IMG/VR virus record: IMGVR_UViG_3300025621_000004
DNA from: an uncultured virus (IMG/VR IMGVR_UViG_3300025621_000004)
Lineage: Duplodnaviria; Heunggongvirae; Uroviricota; Caudoviricetes
Reading direction: 5' to 3' (one strand)
DNA length: 64,000 bases
Under the pieces are notes generated by a model. It was not told the origin of the DNA. It did no database searches and worked only from the letters and a program-made list of their open reading frames with translations. A program made the position numbers and the translations under genes. Positions 39,068 to 48,973 of this stretch are shown here, piece after piece. How positions within the stretch are numbered: position 1 is the stretch's first letter; every line of letters starts with the position of its first letter.

Positions 39068-40243
39068 ATGATATCAAAAACAACACTTGACGTTGGAAGT
39101 GGAGACACTCCTGCAGATTTCGTTTATTCTGGAGATACTCTAGTATGGAAACGTTATTACGACACTGGTTTATGGGTACATCCTCTCAATACTGTTAATG
39201 TAACATTCACAGATTTCGAAGCGCTTTCTATTTCTGGTGATGGTGTGACAATCAATTGGGGCGATGGGAAAATTAATTTAGCAAATGATTCAACAAACAT
39301 TGATCATACTATTAATGCTAATACAGGTATCAAAGCGATTGAGGTAGTTTCGCCTAAAGATGATGTCAGCATAATCAACTTTGGTGCAAGTGGTAATGAC
39401 TCTTTAGGCGGCACAATAGATATTACTGAATATAATAATCTTACTGAGTTTTATTGTAATGGCCACGGCGTTGAGAATTTTATAGACACTAACCCCACTG
39501 GAAAGACTACACTTGATAAAATAGAATTAAAAGGTAATGCTCTTAGTTCTTTTCCAGATACAAGCAATTATCCTGTTTTAAAGCGATTGTATTTACAGGA
39601 TAGTACAGTGAGTTTAGGTGCAATTCCTGATAATTTACCTGATACTTTAATTCAACTGCTACTAGGAAATAGCGGTATCACTGGTCAAATTCCACGCGGG
39701 ATCAATGACGAGAGAAGACTCCCACCTAACTTAGCACAATTTAGTGTGGCTGGCAATTCGAATCTTTCGGGAACAGTTCTAAATAGTGATTTCGACCTCA
39801 ACGCGAATGGACTTACTCTTAACAATTGCAATTTTAGTGGTAGTATTCCAAGTTTGCGATTTGGAACTGGTAGACAAAGATTAACAAAGTTTTCCGGTCA
39901 GAATAACTCTTTTACTTCAATAGCTGACCCGTTTGTTGTATATGCACCATTAAACCCATCTGTTAGTGATATCGGATTAGCGAATTTTCGTATACATAAT
40001 AATAATAATATACCAAAGGCCGATATTATTCGTGCTCTCTTAGCATTTTATATAGCATATGTTGTCGATAATAAACCTGCAATAACGAACGGTTATATTT
40101 CAATGGATGGTAATGGAAACTCTATTGGTGATAATGAACTGATCGACCTAAACGCATCGTTGAATGATCCTACTTTCGATGTAACAGTCGGACAGGCAAA
40201 GACAGCACTTTTTAGCAAAGGATTCGATACAATACTATTATAA
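39068..40243 (+). CDS. Leucine-rich-repeat protein, putative fibre-tip adhesin
   Basis: N-terminal VYSGDTLVW, INWGDG; LRR units LKRLYLQ, LIQLLLGNSGITGQIP, LTLNNCNFSGSIPSL. Confidence 0.65.
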   Translation: MISKTTLDVGSGDTPADFVYSGDTLVWKRYYDTGLWVHPLNTVNVTFTDFEALSISGDGVTINWGDGKINLANDSTNIDHTINANTGIKAIEVVSPKDDVSIINFGASGNDSLGGTIDITEYNNLTEFYCNGHGVENFIDTNPTGKTTLDKIELKGNALSSFPDTSNYPVLKRLYLQDSTVSLGAIPDNLPDTLIQLLLGNSGITGQIPRGINDERRLPPNLAQFSVAGNSNLSGTVLNSDFDLNANGLTLNNCNFSGSIPSLRFGTGRQRLTKFSGQNNSFTSIADPFVVYAPLNPSVSDIGLANFRIHNNNNIPKADIIRALLAFYIAYVVDNKPAITNGYISMDGNGNSIGDNELIDLNASLNDPTFDVTVGQAKTALFSKGFDTILL

Positions 40244-40244
40244 T

Positions 40245-40499
40245 ATGTCACACACTTTACACCACGAATCAATTAATAATATCATTATACAAGAAGGTGA
40301 GTATGGTGTTATATACAATAATGTGACTAAGATACACGAAGAAATTATGCAAGGTTATATTAATGCTATGACAGCTCATCATCTCTTTGTTGCTGACACT
40401 GAAGCAGATGTATTAGAGTTTATCGAACAAGAAGGATTGACTTTAGAAGAGATTGATCACGAAAACGAGTGGACTACAGGAATTATATATACTGACTAA
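40245..40499 (+). CDS. Hypothetical protein (84 aa)
   Basis: Tightly packed ORF between the two LRR genes. Confidence 0.65.
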   Translation: MSHTLHHESINNIIIQEGEYGVIYNNVTKIHEEIMQGYINAMTAHHLFVADTEADVLEFIEQEGLTLEEIDHENEWTTGIIYTD

Positions 40500-40503
40500 T
40501 ATT

Positions 40504-41097
40504 ATGAAAAGCATTTCACTAACAAATCCGGAGAATGTAACTGAATTAAGATTGGGATCAGCTTCAGACAATAAACTCGGCGGAAAGGTAGACTTAACTA
40601 AGTTTATTGATTTAACCGTATTCATTGCTAACAGTATAAATCTAACTGATATAATTGGATTTGAAAAATTGTCTAAGTTAGAAACCTTTCAGGCAAATAA
40701 TAATTTATTGGCACCTACTCCTATCCCAACACTAGTAGATTGTATTGCATTAAAAGAATTCGATATATCATATCAAAGCGACGGCGGACCTACTGATATT
40801 GCAGAAGATTGGAGTGTGCCTGAAAGCATAACAAAATTTGATATTTCACATACTGATATAGGTGGACCAGATGATGATGACGGTGCAGTAAAATTAAAAA
40901 TACTCACGGCGTTTTATCATGTATTCAAAGATTTTGCCACAAATTCTAAAGCTGGATCTGAGATTTTAGCAGATAATACTGGTGGTGTTATAAGCGTTAG
41001 CACCAACCTATACGCCCCTTACGCTGATATTACAATCGCTGATGCCATCTTGGCACTGGTCGATAAAGGATTTACCTTTAGTGCAAATCAATTTTAA
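40504..41097 (+). CDS. Short LRR protein, paralogue of 39068-40243
   Basis: LGGKVDLTKFIDLTVFIAN aligns with LGGTIDITEYNNLTEFYCN; both share the ..AFY... and ...AL..KGF C-terminus. ATG 40504 preferred over the track start 40453. Confidence 0.65.
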   Translation: MKSISLTNPENVTELRLGSASDNKLGGKVDLTKFIDLTVFIANSINLTDIIGFEKLSKLETFQANNNLLAPTPIPTLVDCIALKEFDISYQSDGGPTDIAEDWSVPESITKFDISHTDIGGPDDDDGAVKLKILTAFYHVFKDFATNSKAGSEILADNTGGVISVSTNLYAPYADITIADAILALVDKGFTFSANQF

Positions 41098-41111
41098 ATA
41101 TAATATAGAAT

Positions 41112-41471
41112 ATGGCAACTTATAAAAATTTATTCATCGATCAAGGTTCAGACTTTTCTTTTGAGATAAAGCTCAATGATACAACATCAGGCATAACAGA
41201 TTTAACTAACTACAGTGCAAGAGGTCAGATTCGCAAATCTTATACATCATCCTCTTCGGTAAGTTTTGATATTACAATTGATATTGAAAATAATAGACTA
41301 ATAGCTTCTTTAACGGCTGAGCAAACTTCGCTACTTGGAATGCCTCAGCGAGTATATGCAACAGGAAGATATGTCTATGATATAGAAGTATTCACTAGTG
41401 ATAGTCCAAGTATAGTAACTCGCGTTACAGAAGGTCAAGTTGATATTACGCCTCGCGTAACCAGCGTATAA
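41112..41471 (+). CDS. Conserved small beta-sandwich virion protein upstream of gp13
   Basis: NLFIDQGSDF, DLTNYSARGQIRKSY, LTAEQT, GRYVYDIE, RVTEG...TPRVT. Confidence 0.75.
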   Translation: MATYKNLFIDQGSDFSFEIKLNDTTSGITDLTNYSARGQIRKSYTSSSSVSFDITIDIENNRLIASLTAEQTSLLGMPQRVYATGRYVYDIEVFTSDSPSIVTRVTEGQVDITPRVTSV

Positions 41472-41474
41472 ATA
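41467..41474 (+). promoter_or_regulatory. Late promoter (gp13)
   Basis: TATAAATA, 5 nt before ATG. Confidence 0.85.
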
Positions 41475-41479
41475 GAGTT

Positions 41480-42220
41480 ATGGCTAAACCAAATTCCAGA
41501 GAAACACTCATTGATTATGCTTTAAGAGCACTCGGCGCGCCAGTTATTGAGATCAATGTTGACGAAGATCAGCTTGAAGATCGCGTAGATGAAGCTATGC
41601 AGTTTTATCAAGAGTATCATTCTGATTCGATCGTTCGCAACTATCGTAAGCATTTGGTTACTGCTGAAGATGTAACTAATGGATATGTTACAGTTGACGA
41701 ACAAATGATATTTGTAAACAATATCTTTCCTATTGGTACATCGACTTCACAGAGTGGAATGTTTTCAGTCGATTATCAGATGCACTTTAATGACATGTAC
41801 AATCTGAGAAACCCAGGTGGTTTGATTGATTACGAAATGACTAAGCAGTATATGGCAATGATTGACTTAAAGGTCAATGGCATGTCACAGAGATCATCCT
41901 TCTCTCGCCATCAGAATAGACTATACATCGAAGGAGATGATTTGACAGAAGGTATTTACATTATCGTTGAAGGTTATGACGTTCTTGATCCTGAAACATA
42001 CACTGCTATTTACAACGATATGCTTCTCAAAAAATATCTTATCGCTTTAATTAAAAGACAGTGGGGAGCTAATCTTATCAAATTCGAAGGGATGGTTTTA
42101 CCAGGTGGAGTTACACTTAACGGTCGTCAGATCTATGACGATGCGGTTGCTGATATCGAGAAGATTGAAGAAACGATGCAACTTACATATGAGGCGCCGA
42201 TCGACTTCTTCGTCGGTTAG
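41480..42220 (+). CDS. gp13: Neck protein
   Basis: LIDYALRALGAPVIEINVDEDQ, ALIKRQWG.NL.KF.G..LPGGVTLNG. Confidence 0.95.
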   Translation: MAKPNSRETLIDYALRALGAPVIEINVDEDQLEDRVDEAMQFYQEYHSDSIVRNYRKHLVTAEDVTNGYVTVDEQMIFVNNIFPIGTSTSQSGMFSVDYQMHFNDMYNLRNPGGLIDYEMTKQYMAMIDLKVNGMSQRSSFSRHQNRLYIEGDDLTEGIYIIVEGYDVLDPETYTAIYNDMLLKKYLIALIKRQWGANLIKFEGMVLPGGVTLNGRQIYDDAVADIEKIEETMQLTYEAPIDFFVG

Positions 42221-42226
42221 AATGAT

Positions 42227-43129
42227 ATGCCAAGAAATACATATTTTAGTCACGGCACTACGTCCGAAACAAGACTCTACGAAGATATTACTATAGAAGC
42301 TCTTAAGATTTATGGGCACGATGTGTACTATATTCCTCGGACGATCGTTAATACAAATGCAATCTTTAATGAGGACGCTTTAAGCAAATTTGGTGAGGCA
42401 TTTCAAATTGAAATGTATCTTGAAAGTACTGATGGATTTGAAGGTGACGGAGATTTGCTTTCTAAGTTTGGTGTAGAAATACGCGATCAAATGACATTAG
42501 TTCTATCTACTCGTAGATGGGAACAACTCGTCGGTAGATTCCAGCCAGTGCCTGAGGCGCGCCCGCAGGAAGGCGATCTAATATACTTTCCTCTCGTAAA
42601 TGGTCTATTCGAAATTCGATTTGTCGAAGATGAATCACCGTTCTATCAGTTAAAGGGATTGCCTACATTTAAACTCACCTGTGAATTGTTTGAGTACGGT
42701 AATGAAGCTCTCGACACTGGTATTGAGTCAGTTGATTCTTTCGAAACACAATACGCATCTCAGACAGAGATCTTATTAGGTGCTGGTTCCGGAACATATC
42801 AAATTGGCGAAGATGTTACTCAGACAAATACAACAACTGGAGTTACAGTCACCGGAGAAGTATCGACTATTGGTGATGGAAGAATTAATATCTCTAGTCA
42901 AGAAGCTTCTGACGGAAGTAACACGCTCTTTTCAACAACGGTTGGAACTACTCCAGGAAATATTATAGGTGCGGAGTCTTCTGCTTCTTATGCTATTACA
43001 GGTATCGATAGCTTTAATACGATGGACGATAACGATCCTAAATCACAAAACATCGACTTCGAAACTATCGGCAACAATTTCATAGACTTCTCTGAGATGA
43101 ATCCATTTGGAGAAATTAATATAACTTAA
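42227..43129 (+). CDS. gp14: Neck protein
   Basis: IYGHDVYYIPR, GFEGDGDLLSKFG, RPQEGDLIYFP, IDFSEMNPFG. Confidence 0.95.
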   Translation: MPRNTYFSHGTTSETRLYEDITIEALKIYGHDVYYIPRTIVNTNAIFNEDALSKFGEAFQIEMYLESTDGFEGDGDLLSKFGVEIRDQMTLVLSTRRWEQLVGRFQPVPEARPQEGDLIYFPLVNGLFEIRFVEDESPFYQLKGLPTFKLTCELFEYGNEALDTGIESVDSFETQYASQTEILLGAGSGTYQIGEDVTQTNTTTGVTVTGEVSTIGDGRINISSQEASDGSNTLFSTTVGTTPGNIIGAESSASYAITGIDSFNTMDDNDPKSQNIDFETIGNNFIDFSEMNPFGEINIT

Positions 43130-43130
43130 T

Positions 43131-43907
43131 ATGTTAGACGGCGTACATTTTTACAACCAGACTTTAAAGAAAACTGTTGCGGTTTTCGGAACCATTTTCA
43201 ATAACATCAAGATTGTTAGAAGAGGGATGGGTGAAACGCGAGTGCCTCTAGCATATGGTCCAATAAAGAAGTTTCTTGCACGCATCGAATCTGATAATGA
43301 GGCTGCTTCAGATAAGGGCATTGCGATTAAGCTACCTCGAATGAGCTTTGAAATTACTTCTATTGATAAGAACACAACCACCGCATTGAACAAGTTAAAT
43401 GTAAAGAGATTTGAGGGTAGTGGTACACATCCAGATGGTCCTCAACGCACAAAGAAAATCTTGAAACAGTCTGTGCCATACGACATTGGAATCCAGCTTA
43501 ATATCATAGCTAAAAACCAAGATGATGCACTTCAAATCTTCGAGCAAATAATTCCAACATTCGTTCCTGAATATACTGTTGCGATAAAGGATATGGAAGG
43601 TCCAGGTAATTCTGTTGATGTTCCTATCATTTTAAATGGCACAAGCTTCGAAGATTCATACGAAGGTGATTTTGTCACTCGTCGAACACTCATCTACACT
43701 CTCGACTTTACAGTTAAGGTTCGATTCACTGGTCGAGTTTATGAAAAACCAGTTATCCGATTTGTTGAAGCTGACCTTTATAATAACTCTACGCCTGAAT
43801 CAGTCTCTTCTCCGATCGATAGAGTAGCCACCGAACTTGGTTCAGAAGATGACACTGAAGACGATTTCACGACAAATACCAGTTTTGGGTTTGACGATAA
43901 TCCATAG
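43131..43907 (+). CDS. gp15: Tail sheath stabiliser / tail terminator
   Basis: FGTIFNNI, VPLAYGP..KFLAR, LPRMSFE, QIFEQIIP.F.P, YEGDF..RR.LIYTLDF. Confidence 0.95.
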   Translation: MLDGVHFYNQTLKKTVAVFGTIFNNIKIVRRGMGETRVPLAYGPIKKFLARIESDNEAASDKGIAIKLPRMSFEITSIDKNTTTALNKLNVKRFEGSGTHPDGPQRTKKILKQSVPYDIGIQLNIIAKNQDDALQIFEQIIPTFVPEYTVAIKDMEGPGNSVDVPIILNGTSFEDSYEGDFVTRRTLIYTLDFTVKVRFTGRVYEKPVIRFVEADLYNNSTPESVSSPIDRVATELGSEDDTEDDFTTNTSFGFDDNP

Positions 43908-43924
43908 TAGTAATACGTTATATC

Positions 43925-44341
43925 ATGATTAAGTCAAAAGAAGATATACTAAGTGCATTACAAACGCACATACCTCAGGAATTGCAGAAGATCAAAACTG
44001 AAGTAGCACAATCAGAGATCGTTGTTGATACTGAAGAAGATTATGCTTACTCACGAGAGAAGATCAAATCATTAATTGAGAGATCTGAAGAAGCTATTGA
44101 TAATATGATGGCACTTGCAAGTGAGACAGAACATCCTCGAGCATTCGAAGTTTTAGCTGGTATGTTTAAGACTACTACTGATATGATGGATCGACTTATT
44201 ACTCTACAAAAGAAGAGAAAAGAATTGACACAATCTGAAGAGCAGAAACAAAATGCTTTAGGAGGCACAACAAATAATGCTATCTTCGTTGGTTCTACTA
44301 CTGAATTGCAAAAATTCTTAAAGAACAATGACGATAGTTAA
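43925..44341 (+). CDS. gp16: Terminase small subunit
   Basis: DYAYSRE, EHPRAFEV, NNAIFVGST.ELQKFL. Confidence 0.92.
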   Translation: MIKSKEDILSALQTHIPQELQKIKTEVAQSEIVVDTEEDYAYSREKIKSLIERSEEAIDNMMALASETEHPRAFEVLAGMFKTTTDMMDRLITLQKKRKELTQSEEQKQNALGGTTNNAIFVGSTTELQKFLKNNDDS

Positions 44342-45923
44342 TGGAGAAGCAGGTTATTTAGGAAATCCACTTGTCAAACGAGATGGCGTTCAGCAAAACT
44401 TTACTCAAGAAGAAGTTGCTGAATACGTAAAGTGCATGAAAGATGCTGCATACTTCGCCGAGAAGTACGTAAAGGTCATATCATTAGATGAGGGTTTAGT
44501 TTCATTTAAGCCGTACGAATATCAGGATGAGATGTTTAAACACTTTAACGATAATCGATTCTCTATCGTGTTGGCTTGTCGACAGTCTGGTAAAAGTATT
44601 AGCACGGTTATTTACATTCTATGGTATGCAGTCTTTCATCCTGAAAAGACAATTGCAATCCTTGCGAATAAAGGTGCAACAGCGAGAGAGATGCTATCAC
44701 GTGTCACGCTAGCGCTTGAGAATCTCCCATTCTTTTTACAACCTGGATGTAAGGCACTTAATAAAGGGAATATCACATTTGGAAATAACACTAAGATTGT
44801 TGCAGCGGCGACTTCTGGTAGTTCTATTCGTGGTCTATCAGTGAACCTTCTTTTCCTTGACGAGTTTGCTTTCGTTGAGAATGCTGCACAGTTTTACACA
44901 TCGACATACCCTGTTGTTTCTGCAGGTAAAGAGACAAAGGTGATTATTACTTCAACCGCAAACGGCGTCGGTAATGTTTTTCATCGTCTATATGAAGGTG
45001 CTGTACAGAATACAAATGAGTTTAAAGCATTTCGCGTAGATTGGTGGGATGTTCCTGGTCGAGATGAAGAATGGAAAAGACAAACGATATCAAATACTTC
45101 AGAACGCCAATTTGAACAAGAGTTTGGTAACTCCTTTCACGGTACATCAAACACTTTAGTATCTTCTAATACACTTCTCAGTTTGAAGGCTGCTACACCA
45201 GTTGAATTTCGAAATGATGTATCATACTATGAGAAGCCTAAAGAAGGTGTTCGATATATAATGACAGTTGACGTTTCGAAGGGAAGAGGACAAGACTATT
45301 CAACGTTTAATGTTATACGTATCGATGATCTTGGCTTCGCGCAGGTATGCACATATAGAAATAATCTAGTGTCTCCTATGTTATTTCCTGATATAATTGT
45401 TAAAGTAGCTACTCTCTATAATGAAGCGATGGTCGTAATTGAGAATAACGATGCTGGTCAAGTTGTATGCAATCATGTGTATTATGATTATGAATACGAG
45501 AACATGTTTGTTTCGTCATCAGTGAAGTCAAACGGTATTGGCGTAATGATGACAAAGAGAGTAAAGAGGATCGGGTGTTCGAACCTAAAAGATATTGTTG
45601 AATTGAATAAACTTCATATCGTAGATGCCGATACTATTAGTGAGCTATCAACGTTCGAAGTAAAGGGTGGAAGTTATTCCGCTTCTACTGGAAATCATGA
45701 TGACTTAGTTATGAATTTGGTTATGTTTGCATGGTTTGTATCTTCTGATGCATTCGGTGACATGAGTGATACTGATTTAAAGTCGATGCTATATCAAGAT
45801 CGAGTAAGAGAAATGGAAGACGATGTAATGCCATTCGGTATAATCAATGATAGACCTACTACGAATACTACACTCGTATATGAAGATATGATAAACGCAG
45901 TAAATGAATGGAACAATCTCTAA
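44328..45923 (+). CDS. gp17: Terminase large subunit
   Basis: YLGNP, Walker A RQSGKS, Walker B LFLDEFAFV, ITSTANG, DVSKGRGQDYS, HDDLVM. Confidence 0.97.
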   Translation: MTIVNGEAGYLGNPLVKRDGVQQNFTQEEVAEYVKCMKDAAYFAEKYVKVISLDEGLVSFKPYEYQDEMFKHFNDNRFSIVLACRQSGKSISTVIYILWYAVFHPEKTIAILANKGATAREMLSRVTLALENLPFFLQPGCKALNKGNITFGNNTKIVAAATSGSSIRGLSVNLLFLDEFAFVENAAQFYTSTYPVVSAGKETKVIITSTANGVGNVFHRLYEGAVQNTNEFKAFRVDWWDVPGRDEEWKRQTISNTSERQFEQEFGNSFHGTSNTLVSSNTLLSLKAATPVEFRNDVSYYEKPKEGVRYIMTVDVSKGRGQDYSTFNVIRIDDLGFAQVCTYRNNLVSPMLFPDIIVKVATLYNEAMVVIENNDAGQVVCNHVYYDYEYENMFVSSSVKSNGIGVMMTKRVKRIGCSNLKDIVELNKLHIVDADTISELSTFEVKGGSYSASTGNHDDLVMNLVMFAWFVSSDAFGDMSDTDLKSMLYQDRVREMEDDVMPFGIINDRPTTNTTLVYEDMINAVNEWNNL

Positions 45924-45934
45924 ACATTCAATGT

Positions 45935-45942
45935 TATAAATA
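45935..45942 (+). promoter_or_regulatory. Late promoter (gp18), long leader with SD-like AAAGGA
   Basis: TATAAATA 76 nt before ATG 46019. Confidence 0.85.
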
Positions 45943-46018
45943 GAAATCTAATCGAATTGAAATACATCTTATTATGATTCTTATTATACAACTATAAACA
46001 ACTGAAAGGAATAACAAC

Positions 46019-48337
46019 ATGGGTTTTCAAGTATCACCAGGAGTCGAAGTAAAAGAAATCGACTTGACAAATGTAATACCTGCAGTATCTACCTCTATTG
46101 GTGGATATTCCGGATATTTTCGCTGGGGTCCAGTAAACGAAATTAATCTCGTAAGTTCTGAAAAAGAACTTGCAGGTATATTCGGTACACCGGACGCTGC
46201 TCACACACAATCGTTTTTAACTGCTGCATCATTCTTAAAGTATGGTTCAGCTCTTAAAGTAGTCCGCGCAAGTAATGCTGCACTAAAAAATGCATATGCA
46301 GGATCTTTTGAGACACCAACCGGAGGCATTCAGTCAATCACATTTGATGAGGCTCCAGAAGAATTCGAGGATCTAAGTGCTGCGGTTATACTAGCAGTGT
46401 CTCAAGCCGATGACGGTACTGGTACTGGGGCAGAGCTTACGCCGAGCTATAGTCCTTTCGCCGCAACAGCTTTTGCCGCAGCAGCACAAACTTTTAATAA
46501 AACAGTATCTGCGATCGCACTAGCCTCGGGGAATTCGGGTTTGGCTGATGGTTCTTATACTGCTACTATTAGCGGTCAAACCCTTAGTTTTGACGCGCTC
46601 AGCGATGTGCTTACTATCACAGGTACAGCTCCTAGCAATATATTGTTAGAAGATGCAGTTACAACATTTACTGTTAATGAATTAACAGTCGATGTGACAT
46701 ACGTAGATGATATAACTGCAAATAATGCAGTTGCAAATGGTGATGTTCTCAACCTAGTTTCTAGTGTGGATAGCCAACCATTTGTTGTTACTTATGATAC
46801 AGTGAATGGTAATAGTATCACATTGGGTAATTTCATTCCCGAGTCTACATTTGGTGCCACAACGCTGACAGCCACAAACGACGGTGGCTTCGTAGTTGGT
46901 AGCTTCACCATAAGTTATTCTGTTAGTCAAATTAATGTAGAGGAAGGTCAAAATTACGATATCCCAACTATCACTGTTAGTGTCAATGGCACCGATATCG
47001 ATCAAGGTGGACTATTAAACATCGATGAGGCTGAGGATTTTGCTAATGAAGCAACGTTCATTCCGAATGCTGAAGCCTTCGAACTAGAAACAGATCTTCC
47101 TGGTCTGTTTTTTGCTAGATATGCTGGAGAAGTTGGTAATTCATTACAAGTAACTGTTATTAATGCTAGCACATTCGGTAATGGTGATGGAGCTGCCTCT
47201 TCATTCGACTCAGCTCCTCTAGGCAGCAATATTCATATTGTTATCACACTCGACGACGAGGAAGTTGAAGCATGGTCTGACATGAGTATAACACCTGGTG
47301 CTAAACTTGACGACGGTACAAATAACTACTTCGCAGATGTTATTAATGCTAGATCAAATTGGTTCTATGTTGCTCGTCCATCACAAGCTTCTGCTCCTGC
47401 TACATACATCTTCCAAGATGGTGCAGATTGGGACGGAGTTCTTGATGCGTCTGACGTCCAAAATGGTCTAGAGCTTTTCCGCGATGTTGAAACGGTAGAT
47501 GTAAATCTTCTGTTCTCGATGGCTGATACTTCTGATACTTTACTAATTGGCAATAGAGTTCAAGAGATTGCTGTTGATCGTAAAGATTGCGTAGCATTTG
47601 TATCTCCTACAATAGCTGCTTCTACACAAGGTACCGCTCAAAATCGACTTGACGGCGTTACAGGTCAAATCGACAACCTCACACGAGATACTGATGGTTC
47701 TTATGCTGTATACGACTCAACTGCGTTGTATGTATACAATAAGTATGCTGATACTTATTCTTGGATCCCAGCTTCTGGTCATATGGCCGGTCTCTGTGCC
47801 AAGACTGATGATCTTGCAGAACCTTGGTTCTCTCCAGCTGGATTGAATCGTGGTGGTCTTAGAGGCGTTACTAAACTTGGGTTTAATCCAAATAAGTCGC
47901 AACGTGATACTCTTTATAAGAAGGGTGTTAATCCAATCGCAAACTTCCCTGGTAACGGCATCGTTCTCTTCGGTGATAAGACTGTACAGGCTAAGCCAAG
48001 TGCGTTCGATCGTATCAATGTACGTAGATTGTTTATCGTTCTCGAAAAAGCAATTGCAACTGCAGCAAAATATCAACTGTTCGAACTGAATGATGAATTC
48101 ACTCGTGCGATGTTCAGAAATATGACAGAGCCTTTCCTTCGGGATGTTAAAGGTCGCCGTGGTATTACTGACTTCTTGGTTGTATGCGATGAAACTAATA
48201 ATACAGGTGAAGTGATTGACACTAACCGTTTTGTTGCTGACATCTATATCAAACCAGCTCGTTCGATTAACTTCATCACACTTAACTTCATTGCTACACG
48301 CACAGGAGTTGATTTCTCTGAAATCGTTGGTAAATAA
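46019..48337 (+). CDS. gp18: Tail sheath protein with a large central insertion
   Basis: SPGVEVKEIDLT, F.WGPV, WFSPAGLNRG, SAFDRINVRRLF, IKPARSINFITLNF.ATRTGV.F. Confidence 0.97.
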   Translation: MGFQVSPGVEVKEIDLTNVIPAVSTSIGGYSGYFRWGPVNEINLVSSEKELAGIFGTPDAAHTQSFLTAASFLKYGSALKVVRASNAALKNAYAGSFETPTGGIQSITFDEAPEEFEDLSAAVILAVSQADDGTGTGAELTPSYSPFAATAFAAAAQTFNKTVSAIALASGNSGLADGSYTATISGQTLSFDALSDVLTITGTAPSNILLEDAVTTFTVNELTVDVTYVDDITANNAVANGDVLNLVSSVDSQPFVVTYDTVNGNSITLGNFIPESTFGATTLTATNDGGFVVGSFTISYSVSQINVEEGQNYDIPTITVSVNGTDIDQGGLLNIDEAEDFANEATFIPNAEAFELETDLPGLFFARYAGEVGNSLQVTVINASTFGNGDGAASSFDSAPLGSNIHIVITLDDEEVEAWSDMSITPGAKLDDGTNNYFADVINARSNWFYVARPSQASAPATYIFQDGADWDGVLDASDVQNGLELFRDVETVDVNLLFSMADTSDTLLIGNRVQEIAVDRKDCVAFVSPTIAASTQGTAQNRLDGVTGQIDNLTRDTDGSYAVYDSTALYVYNKYADTYSWIPASGHMAGLCAKTDDLAEPWFSPAGLNRGGLRGVTKLGFNPNKSQRDTLYKKGVNPIANFPGNGIVLFGDKTVQAKPSAFDRINVRRLFIVLEKAIATAAKYQLFELNDEFTRAMFRNMTEPFLRDVKGRRGITDFLVVCDETNNTGEVIDTNRFVADIYIKPARSINFITLNFIATRTGVDFSEIVGK

Positions 48338-48372
48338 TTAACATTAAAAACTTAAAATAAAGGAAAAAAATT

Positions 48373-48903
48373 ATGGCAACATTATCAGTAGATGATTTCA
48401 AAGCTAAGCTTATCGGAGGCGGCGCACGCGCCAATCTCTTTAAGGTTATCATTAACAATCCGCCAGTAGGAGCCGGTCTTAATACCGAACTACTGTCGTT
48501 CACATGTAAGGGCGCTGTACTACCCGGTTCAGTAGTAGAAGCAATCGACGTGCCTTTTCGCGGTCGTGTATTAAAAGTTGCGGGTGACCGTACCTTCGAA
48601 AACTGGACTATTACAGCATACAATGAAGATAAGCAAGATGTTAGAAATTCATTCGAAAGATGGATGAATATCATTAACGACGTTAAAGAAAATTCTGGGG
48701 AGAAAAATCCTCGGAATTATCAAGCTGACCTGATTGTACAACAACTTGATCGTCAAGGAAAAACAACTAAGGAGTATGATATCCGCGGTGCTTTCCCAGT
48801 AAACATCAGTGCAATTGACCTCGCGTACGACACAAATAATGCGATCGAAGAGTTCACTGTTGAGTTTGCCTTTCAATATTGGCAGACAAAGGTAGCGAAC
48901 TAA
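48373..48903 (+). CDS. gp19: Tail tube protein
   Basis: GGGARANLFKV, FRGR.LKVAGDRTFENWT, IEEFTVEFAFQYW. Confidence 0.97.
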   Translation: MATLSVDDFKAKLIGGGARANLFKVIINNPPVGAGLNTELLSFTCKGAVLPGSVVEAIDVPFRGRVLKVAGDRTFENWTITAYNEDKQDVRNSFERWMNIINDVKENSGEKNPRNYQADLIVQQLDRQGKTTKEYDIRGAFPVNISAIDLAYDTNNAIEEFTVEFAFQYWQTKVAN

Positions 48904-48924
48904 GTCTTATAGACATTACATACT

Positions 48925-48956
48925 TCCCGCTCAGGTCCAATCCCTGAGCGGGATTT
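48925..48956 (+). terminator. 11-bp GC-rich hairpin after gp19 (terminator or RNA-stability element)
   Basis: TCCCGCTCAGG-tccaatc-CCTGAGCGGGA followed by only TTT, then the gp20 late promoter. Confidence 0.7.
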
Positions 48957-48960
48957 AATG

Positions 48961-48968
48961 TATAAATA
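48961..48968 (+). promoter_or_regulatory. Late promoter (gp20)
   Basis: TATAAATA, 5 nt before ATG. Confidence 0.85.
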
Positions 48969-48973
48969 ACATT

